Part shown: one piece after another, positions 1 through 6,967 of the stretch
How positions within the stretch are numbered: position 1 is the first letter of the stretch
Layout: the number at the start of each line of letters is the position of its first letter
Source of the DNA: Candidatus Ratteibacteria bacterium
GTDB taxonomy: Bacteria > Ratteibacteria > UBA8468 > B48-G9 > DTJG01
Length of the DNA stretch: 16,006 nucleotides
Assembly: GCA_049971295.1 (NCBI GenBank)
Contig: JBMFLH010000042.1
Span: forward strand, 1-16,006
Direction: 5' to 3'
The notes under the pieces: generated by a model
Database searches by the model: none
Told to the model about the DNA's origin: nothing
What the model saw: the letters and a program-made list of their open reading frames with translations, nothing else
Position numbers and translations under genes: made by a program

Positions 1-1
1 C

Positions 2-3000
2 TGTGATTACTCCATCAACACAATCATCAAAAATGGTTCCAAAACTTAAATCGCTTACAGAAGGAACATAATCATCTTTTTCATACAGATATAATGGATA
101 TTTTTTTAAGATATAACCACCTTTACCAAAAATTCCCTCTTCTTTTGTATATGAAACTGACTTTTCAAAATCTATTGATATACCAATTTCTATTTTTGCA
201 CCAAGAGCAATCTGAATAGATGGTTCAAAGGAAAATGAGGAACCAATTTCTTCTTTAATTTTATATGTTAAGGGCATACCTGATTCTATCAAATGATTAG
301 AAAGTTTCTGGCAGAAACTGACAAATCTTGATGCTACTTCAGTTGGTCCTAAAATTATTGCTCCTGAAGGAGTATTTCCTCCAAGATATGCTTTTAAATT
401 CAAAAGGTCCACAAGTTGATTAACAATTGCTTCTATCTGTTCTGCTGTGAGAGTAATGATAACTTTTTTTGTAGTGCCTTCTTTCCCTGGGTACTTTATT
501 CCCCATTCACTTTTACTTTCTATCTCAACTTCTCCTTTTGTTATATTTCCATTTTTATCTGAATAAAGAGTAATTGAGATTTTGCCAGCAAGGTCTCCGC
601 CTATTCCAGCCTTTATTTCTTCATTTATAACATTGCCCTGAATTCCACCAAATAAATCAAGTTCACCTGATACAGAAAAACCAGCACCCATTTCTTCTAA
701 CTTTAGGTCATCATCTTCAAATGTATAGTCAAATGAAAGTTGCCCAAGAACTTCTATCTCTCCTTCAATTCCTGCTCCAACGCCAATCCCAAGAAAAACA
801 TTATCATCATTTCCAAGACCAAAACCTGTTCCTGCTGATGCATCTCCTCCTGCTCTTAAACCAATTGTAAGTTCCTGCTTATCCTGATATTTTGGATAAA
901 GGAAATTAAACTCAGAAATAATAAAATTCAACATATCAGAAACAATTGGCTGGTTTGTTAGTTCAAGTAAAGAAGCAATCAGAAGTCCTGACCTTAATAT
1001 CTTTTGTTCATCTGATGAATATGGTTGTTCAAAAAGGTAAGTATTATTATTCATAAGAACTAAAGATGCATAAACTCCTGCATCAGCACTTGCATAGCAG
1101 GCATTTTTAACTCCACCACCAACAGACGCTTTTGCAACAACTCCTGCTTCAATTTCAAACTCCCTTTCAACTTCAATCTTATCATCTGCGTTTGTTTGTA
1201 AATTTGTATTTATAATCCTATAAGACATCCCTCTTTTTTCTCCGAATTTTCCTCCAATACCTACTGCTGCCTCCAAATTTATACCACTTCCAAATGAAAA
1301 AGATGATTCAGATTCTCTTGATAAAATTTTAACATTAAATGTTAAAGGTGGATTTATACTATAACCACCTGCATCAGTAATTGAGCAGGTAATGATTTGA
1401 TTTACAGAACCCAGTTCTTTACTTGGTATTACACATTCGACCACCCCATTTTCATCAGAAGCATCTGTATTTATTGATTTTGTTCCTCCTGCCCATTGTA
1501 TTGACAAACTTACTCCAGAAGCAGGGATACCATTTTTATCAATCACTTTATAATATCTTACAACCTTACCACCAATCATTACCTCTGAAGTGCTTGGATT
1601 TATATCTGGAGAAAGAGTTGTAACTGAACCTTCAAAATTTAAAGCATTGTAGGTCAAATTCAGTGTATCAGCCCAGTTTCCTGCGTTATCAGAAAATTTA
1701 ACTTCAAGATTATGAATTCCTTTTGAGAAATTCGGTCTTATTGTAATAATGTTATCTAAAAATATAAAGGAACTGGAAGCATCATCTATTTTTACACTTA
1801 TACTTGATGTCTTTATTCCAGTTCCATTATTGGGATCTAAAATCTCAATTTTTATTGTAGGATTGCCTCCTACAAAAGAATTATTTATTGGTGTGACCTT
1901 TAAAACAACTGGTTTTGTTATATCAACTTTTGTATAAGTATCGGGTGTGTCTGAAAAACTCTCCCAGTTTCCAGCATTATCTTTTGCCCTGCTTCTGAAG
2001 TAATAAGTATGTCCATTTTCTCCTGTAAAAGTTGCTGATGTTTGAGTTGTTGAACTCAACCAGTCAATCCATTGTCCATCAATACCATCTTTAACCTGTA
2101 TATTATAACAAGAAACTCCTGTTTCAAGGTCATATCCTGTCCAGGAAACTTCAAAAGATAAGTTATTAGTATAAGTATTTAATGGATTCACATAAGAAAC
2201 AGGTGGATTATTGTCAATGTAAAAAGTTATAGAGTCAGTATTTTTGTTTCCTGCAAGGTCATAAACAGTAAGGGAAATTGTATGTGTTCCTTTTGATAAA
2301 CCTGAAATATCAATATTTGCAAGGATATTGTTTAAAACAGGATTTGTTCCTGAATAAATTAAATTAGTATCTCTGTAAACTTCATATTTTTCAAAATTTT
2401 TATCACTTGCTGTTCCTGTTACATGAAAATTGGCTGTTATATTTGTGGGTGTGTGAGAAGGATATGTTATTATTGAACTTGGTTTTGTGTTATCTATTTC
2501 ACAGGTAGCTGTTCCAAGAATAATATCTGCAGTTGTTGAATATTTATGAATTCTACGGTTCTCACTATCTGTAACATAAACATTAAAATTGCTATCAACA
2601 ACGATACTTCTACTTTCTATGAAGAATTCAGTTCCATAGTTTGCCTTACCAAATTCATAAAGAAACGAACCATCAGGATTATAAACCTCAACAATATTGG
2701 AATTAGAAACATAAATTTTCCCAGTGCTATCAATAGATATAGAAGTTGGTGGATTTTCTATCTGAAACGATGAAATAAAAGTACCGTCTGTCTGATAAAT
2801 TTTAACACCAGTTACATCAAGTGCATAAATTTTCCCTGAATAAGAAGCAAGATGATTTTCTGTAGAAAGATAAGATAAAGGATGCTCAAAATAATCAAAA
2901 GAACCAAAAGAGTTCTGATAAACACCTGTTTTATCAAATACAAAAATCTTTCCTTTAGTTACATCTTCATAATAGCCACCTGATATATAAAGATAGTTCC

Positions 3001-4567
3001 CAATTATAGTAATTCCTGTAATAAAAATATTCTTATCCTGGGAGTCCTTTAGCAAAACATTATAAAGAATATTTCCAGAACTACTAAGAACAAACAATTT
3101 TCCGGAAACATCATATCCAGAGGATGTTATATAAATCTTTCCATCAGTATCAACAGCAATACAGGATGGCTTTAAAACCGTAAGATTTGAATAGGGAATA
3201 AGAATCTGAGATTGAAATAATCCTGAAGGATTAAATATCTGAATGCTTGCATTTTCATAATCACATACATAAATGTTTCCATTTGGTCCTATCGTTATAC
3301 CTCTTGGAAATAAAAATTCACCTTCTTTCATACCTATTTTTGTTATGAAACTTCCTGATGTATTAAAAACCTGAACCCTTTTATTATCATAATTTTCAAC
3401 TGTGTATAAATTATTAGCTGTTGCCCTTATGCTTCTCAGAAAGAAGTCAAATTCTCCATTACCTCGACCAGGACCAGAAGCAGCCCCAATTTGCGTATAA
3501 TAAGTCCCATCATTATTTAAGATAACTATTTTCCATCTGTTGAAGGAAGAAACACATATTTTATTTGTAGAGCCAAGTATTGCAATTGGTCCATTTATTC
3601 CAACAAGTTGAGTTGGGCCACCTTCATAAGCACTTTTAATCGTTCTTTGATATATACCACTTGAATTAAAAATCTGAATTCTTCCTGCCATAGTTCCATC
3701 ATCAGTAACATAAGCATTACCATTTAAATCAATAGCAATATTTCCAGCAACCGCACTAAATTTAAATTGTCCGTTTCCTGTTCCATAACTACCAAACTTA
3801 AACAAAAAATTTCCTTCTGAATCAAATACCTGAACCCTTGAATTTTCACCATCAACAACCCATATCCTTCCATTGCTATCAACTGCTAAATTATTTAAGG
3901 GTAAAAAATTAAACTTTCCATCACCAGAACCACTTTCTCCAAAACTTTTTTTATAATTTCCATTTGTATCAAAAATCTTAATATTCTGGTCATCATAGTC
4001 CATCAAATAAATTTTATTTACATAGACTGCTATTGAACATCCATACGACCAATGACCAGGTTGATTATATTCAGGACTATTTATTGAGAAAAGAAAATTC
4101 CTGTTACTATCAAAAACCTGAATTCTCTGACCATCAAGAATATAAATTTTTCCATCGGAACCAATACCTACATCAACGGGGCTTATTAAAATTTCACGAA
4201 GATCTCCATAGGAATTCCCCTTCGACCATATTTTATTCACAAATGTCTTAAATTTAATTTCATAAATACCATCGGGAAGGAAACTACCATTATTATCCTT
4301 TCCATTCCAGAAAGTTCTACCAATTACATTATCGTAATGATAATTAAATTCTGAATAAGGTATTGTGCGGAAAAGATTGTTAGAACCCTGGAGATATATA
4401 TTTAAATTAACAGGCAACGTTTGGTTCATATATCCACTGATTATAGTTGTATCATTTATTCCAGGACTTTCATATGGAGAAAAAATAACCGGGTTAACAG
4501 AAAAATTATCGCCCATTAAAACTTCTGGAAGAAAGAAGAAAAAGAACAGAAAAATTAATTTTTTCAT
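2..4567 (-). CDS. Large secreted modular protein (>=1522 aa, 3' end outside window): signal peptide, FlgD/CHU_C-like Ig domain, 12 NHL repeats, Ig-like/FN3-like domains, Gly-rich beta-strand region
   Basis: Hand translation from ATG at 4567 (SD AAGGAGA at 4577-4571) gives MKKLIFLFFFFFLPEVLMGDNFSVNPVIFSPYESPGINDTT...WNGKDNNGSFLPDGIYEIKF..., with no stop codon down to the window edge. NHL motifs include LAVDSNGRIWVVDGENSRVQVFDSEGNFLFKFG. Ig-like motifs include DLAGN/DNAGN, with IDNTKP, IDNNPP and VDITKP linkers. Confidence 0.92.
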   Translation of the reverse strand, partial: MKKLIFLFFFFFLPEVLMGDNFSVNPVIFSPYESPGINDTTIISGYMNQTLPVNLNIYLQGSNNLFRTIPYSEFNYHYDNVIGRTFWNGKDNNGSFLPDGIYEIKFKTFVNKIWSKGNSYGDLREILISPVDVGIGSDGKIYILDGQRIQVFDSNRNFLFSINSPEYNQPGHWSYGCSIAVYVNKIYLMDYDDQNIKIFDTNGNYKKSFGESGSGDGKFNFLPLNNLAVDSNGRIWVVDGENSRVQVFDSEGNFLFKFGSYGTGNGQFKFSAVAGNIAIDLNGNAYVTDDGTMAGRIQIFNSSGIYQRTIKSAYEGGPTQLVGINGPIAILGSTNKICVSSFNRWKIVILNNDGTYYTQIGAASGPGRGNGEFDFFLRSIRATANNLYTVENYDNKRVQVFNTSGSFITKIGMKEGEFLFPRGITIGPNGNIYVCDYENASIQIFNPSGLFQSQILIPYSNLTVLKPSCIAVDTDGKIYITSSGYDVSGKLFVLSSSGNILYNVLLKDSQDKNIFITGITIIGNYLYISGGYYEDVTKGKIFVFDKTGVYQNSFGSFDYFEHPLSYLSTENHLASYSGKIYALDVTGVKIYQTDGTFISSFQIENPPTSISIDSTGKIYVSNSNIVEVYNPDGSFLYEFGKANYGTEFFIESRSIVVDSNFNVYVTDSENRRIHKYSTTADIILGTATCEIDNTKPSSIITYPSHTPTNITANFHVTGTASDKNFEKYEVYRDTNLIYSGTNPVLNNILANIDISGLSKGTHTISLTVYDLAGNKNTDSITFYIDNNPPVSYVNPLNTYTNNLSFEVSWTGYDLETGVSCYNIQVKDGIDGQWIDWLSSTTQTSATFTGENGHTYYFRSRAKDNAGNWESFSDTPDTYTKVDITKPVVLKVTPINNSFVGGNPTIKIEILDPNNGTGIKTSSISVKIDDASSSFIFLDNIITIRPNFSKGIHNLEVKFSDNAGNWADTLNLTYNALNFEGSVTTLSPDINPSTSEVMIGGKVVRYYKVIDKNGIPASGVSLSIQWAGGTKSINTDASDENGVVECVIPSKELGSVNQIITCSITDAGGYSINPPLTFNVKILSRESESSFSFGSGINLEAAVGIGGKFGEKRGMSYRIINTNLQTNADDKIEVEREFEIEAGVVAKASVGGGVKNACYASADAGVYASLVLMNNNTYLFEQPYSSDEQKILRSGLLIASLLELTNQPIVSDMLNFIISEFNFLYPKYQDKQELTIGLRAGGDASAGTGFGLGNDDNVFLGIGVGAGIEGEIEVLGQLSFDYTFEDDDLKLEEMGAGFSVSGELDLFGGIQGNVINEEIKAGIGGDLAGKISITLYSDKNGNITKGEVEIESKSEWGIKYPGKEGTTKKVIITLTAEQIEAIVNQLVDLLNLKAYLGGNTPSGAIILGPTEVASRFVSFCQKLSNHLIESGMPLTYKIKEEIGSSFSFEPSIQIALGAKIEIGISIDFEKSVSYTKEEGIFGKGGYILKKYPLYLYEKDDYVPSVSDLSFGTIFDDCVDGVIT
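2540..4190 (-). repeat. 12 tandem NHL-type protein repeats (probably two 6-bladed beta-propellers) within the large CDS
   Basis: Twelve ~45-aa units of the pattern (P)xxIAVDxxGxIYVxDxxxxRIQVFxxxG, counted by hand from ISPVDVGIGSDGKIYILD to SRSIVVDSNFNVYVTDSENRRIHKY. The repeat is at the protein level and degenerate in DNA. Boundaries are approximate. Confidence 0.85.
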
Positions 4568-4586
4568 TTTTCTCCTTTGTTGTTTC

Positions 4587-4615
4587 ATTATAATGTTTTA
4601 CAAAAACTTTTTCAA
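4587..4615 (-). promoter_or_regulatory. Sigma70-type promoter for the large secreted protein gene
   Basis: Minus strand reads TTGAAA (4615-4610), 17-nt spacer, TATAAT (4592-4587), just upstream of the SD and the ATG at 4567. Confidence 0.7.
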
Positions 4616-4929
4616 AAGGCTTATCTCTATATTTTGCCACTGACAATGAAATATAACGAACCTATCGACTTAACATTATTTTTTGCTTTTTAAGTTTCAA
4701 AAATTTTTTTATTCAAAGGTTCTGTGATACATACCAGGATTTGTCTACAGTTGTTACACATGATTTATTTTTATTTTTTAAAGTTGTATAATAGTTAATG
4801 AAAAAAGTCAGAAAAAAGTTATAAAATGCAGGGTTCTGATGTTTTCTGCAAAGATGGTTAAAAAAAAAATTGCTACAGTTCGACAAGCCTTGCAAAACTG
4901 TGCTTCAAGATAGAAATTATCCGATTCTA

Positions 4930-5151
4930 ATGAAAATAACTGTTAAGGTGAAAATTCTATCAAAGGAAGAAAAGATTGTCAGGAGTGGACCCAAACAATG
5001 GATTGTATATGTAAAGGCGCCACCTTCTGATGGAAAAGCAAATAATCAAGTCATAAAACTGATTGCAGAATATTTAAAGATTCCAAAATCTGCAGTAAAA
5101 ATCATTTCCGGGATTAAAAGCAGGAACAAGATTATTGAAATAGTATTATGA
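4930..5151 (+). CDS. yggU: DUF167 / UPF0235 (YggU-like) family protein
   Basis: MKITVKVK...VYVKAPPSDGKANNQVIKLIAEYLKIPKSAVKIISGIKSRNKIIEI matches the APPxDGKAN...SGxxSRxK signature. ATG at 4930 is preferred over the ORF-track TTG at 4870. Overlaps rsmE by ATGA. Confidence 0.88.
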   Translation: MKITVKVKILSKEEKIVRSGPKQWIVYVKAPPSDGKANNQVIKLIAEYLKIPKSAVKIISGIKSRNKIIEIVL

Positions 5152-5909
5152 GACGAATATATCTCTACAACCATTTAAGAATTGGCAACAAAATTTTTAT
5201 CTCAGACGAACCAGCTCATTATTTAAAAAATGTATTGAGAATGGTTTCTGGTTCAAGATTTTATGCGTTCGATGGAACTGGAATTGAATATACGCTTGAA
5301 ATCAAAAAAATCTCTTCCTCTGGTATTGAAACAGAAATTATCAACGAGAAACACAAACAGCACAGAGAACCAGGAATTTCAATTGAGCTTTGCCTTTGTC
5401 TTTGTAAAAACAGAACATTTGAGTCAGTAATTAAAAAGGCAGCTGAAATCGGTGTTACAAAAATTATTCCTGTTAAAAGTGCAAGAAGTATTATTGAAAT
5501 TGATAATAAAAAATTACCCTTAAAAATTGGAAGATGGAGCAAGATTGCTGCAGAGGGAAGTAAAATTGCAGGAAGAACCAGAGTTCCTGAAATTAAACAG
5601 CCCCAGGATTTTGAAACTGTTGTTGCTCAAAATATGCCTGGAATTTTATTCTGGGAACAGTCTCAGGTATCAATCAAAGATATTTTCTCCAGTTTCCTGG
5701 CATCAGTGGAAAAAAAACGTTTCATTAGAGTATTCATTGGGCCAGAAGGCGGTTTTACTGATAATGAAGTGGAAAAGGCAATAAAAAATCAGATATTCAT
5801 TGCAAGTCTTGGGCCCAGAATTCTCAGCGTTGAAACAGCCAGTATTCTGGCACTGGGTATCGTTTTTTACGAATCCGGACTCTTTAATATCCCTTCAGAG
5901 AAGCTATAA
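5148..5909 (+). CDS. rsmE: 16S rRNA (uracil1498-N3)-methyltransferase RsmE
   Basis: Motifs HYLKNVLRM, KAAEIGV, IGPEGGFT and SLGPRILSVETA (SPOUT, RsmE family). Confidence 0.95.
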   Translation: MRRIYLYNHLRIGNKIFISDEPAHYLKNVLRMVSGSRFYAFDGTGIEYTLEIKKISSSGIETEIINEKHKQHREPGISIELCLCLCKNRTFESVIKKAAEIGVTKIIPVKSARSIIEIDNKKLPLKIGRWSKIAAEGSKIAGRTRVPEIKQPQDFETVVAQNMPGILFWEQSQVSIKDIFSSFLASVEKKRFIRVFIGPEGGFTDNEVEKAIKNQIFIASLGPRILSVETASILALGIVFYESGLFNIPSEKL

Positions 5910-5912
5910 AAT

Positions 5913-6929
5913 TTATAATTTTATAATCGACCCTGTATCAAGTGATTCTTTTTCTTTTAGTACAACTTCTAAACTCCTGACTGCCTCTTCTGGTGTAATT
6001 ACCTGAAATTCCTTATTGTGAACAACGTGGTCGATGAAATAATTTAGCTCAAAGAAATACCCACCAAGATCTGAAATGTTTCCACCAGAAATCTGGGAGG
6101 TTTTTCTTTCAATCTGCGGTCTATCAATCCTTCCATCAGCATAATAAACTGTCAACGTTGGTTCTGATGTTGAATCAAAGTCAACAACAGCCTTTTCAAA
6201 CTGAGCAATAAATTTCATCTCAAAAGGAAAATTTGATGTCATGTCCCATCCGCCTTCTACAAAAGCAGTGATGCCGTTAGGAAAGGTATAGGTAGAAAAG
6301 ACATGAGTATAGCCTTCTTCTTCCGAGAAGGTGCCACGTGAATATAATGATAAGGGCTTTTCCCCGATCAAATACAAAAGAAAGTCAACGTCGTGGATAT
6401 GCAAATCAAAAAGCGCCCCACCGGATTTCTGATTATCAAGTAGCCAGTTTTGCCAGCCCCATGTTGGTTTCGGGCTGAGTCTTGTGCATGTAATTGTAAC
6501 AAGTTTTCCAAACCTGCCTTGGTCGTAATTTTTTTTCATAAAAGCATACTCTGGCCAGAATCTTATTACATGTGCGACCATGAATCTCACTTTTTTTTCC
6601 TTACAAACCCTTACCATTTCTTGTGCATCTTCCAGCGTCAGCGCAATTGGCTTTTCGCATACAATATCTTTACCTGCCTCTGCCGCTTTTATCACGTACT
6701 CTTTATGAAGAAACGTTGGCAGACAAATATCCACAATAGTAATCTCAGGCTTTGCCAGGATCTGGTCTACCGTAAGATAAGGGATGGCATCAAACTTTTC
6801 AGCAAGAGATTTGGCTTTTTCTCCTCTCTGATCAACAATCGCTGCGATTTTTACGTTTGGCAACTGAGAATAAACTTCGGCATGCATTGAACCCATAAAT
6901 CCAGCTCCAACAATCGCCACTCTCACCAT
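5913..6929 (-). CDS. Gfo/Idh/MocA family NAD(P)-dependent oxidoreductase
   Basis: Rossmann motif VAIVGAGFMG, CEKPIA, and GGALFDLHIHDVD. Strong SD GAGGAGG upstream. Confidence 0.93.
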   Translation of the reverse strand: MVRVAIVGAGFMGSMHAEVYSQLPNVKIAAIVDQRGEKAKSLAEKFDAIPYLTVDQILAKPEITIVDICLPTFLHKEYVIKAAEAGKDIVCEKPIALTLEDAQEMVRVCKEKKVRFMVAHVIRFWPEYAFMKKNYDQGRFGKLVTITCTRLSPKPTWGWQNWLLDNQKSGGALFDLHIHDVDFLLYLIGEKPLSLYSRGTFSEEEGYTHVFSTYTFPNGITAFVEGGWDMTSNFPFEMKFIAQFEKAVVDFDSTSEPTLTVYYADGRIDRPQIERKTSQISGGNISDLGGYFFELNYFIDHVVHNKEFQVITPEEAVRSLEVVLKEKESLDTGSIIKL

Positions 6930-6932
6930 TTT

Positions 6933-6967
6933 TTCCTCCTCTTTCGGTGTCGTTAGAAGAGACGGAA
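6933..6967 (-). promoter_or_regulatory. Putative SD-sequestering hairpin upstream of the oxidoreductase
   Basis: mRNA reads UUCC-G-UCUCUU-(13 nt)-AAGAGG-A-GGAA. The 5' arm can pair with the arm containing the SD. Confidence 0.35.

Noticed and set aside
1670..1982. Similar DNA segments encoding DNAGNW twice, considered as a possible DGR template/variable repeat
   Set aside because: Only about 20 nt of similarity, explained by a conserved Ig-domain motif. No long repeat pair and no reverse transcriptase in the window.
1423..4643. Short plus-strand ORFs (1423-1623, 1749-1937, 2546-2773, 4033-4251, 4365-4643)
   Set aside because: They are antisense shadows of the large minus-strand CDS and have no recognisable motifs.
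4621..4760. DnaA-box-like 9-mers (TTATCTCTA at 4621, TTGTCTACA at 4741) in AT-rich DNA suggesting oriC
   Set aside because: Each has two or more mismatches to TTATCCACA, there is no cluster of good boxes, and no dnaA/dnaN context.
4713..4895. 60-aa minus-strand ORF in the intergenic region
   Set aside because: Low-complexity translation of AT-rich DNA with no SD and no recognisable motif.
5905..5917. AT-only inverted repeat TATAAAATTTATA between the convergent rsmE and oxidoreductase stops
   Set aside because: All A/T and too weak for an intrinsic terminator; largely formed by the two facing stop codons.
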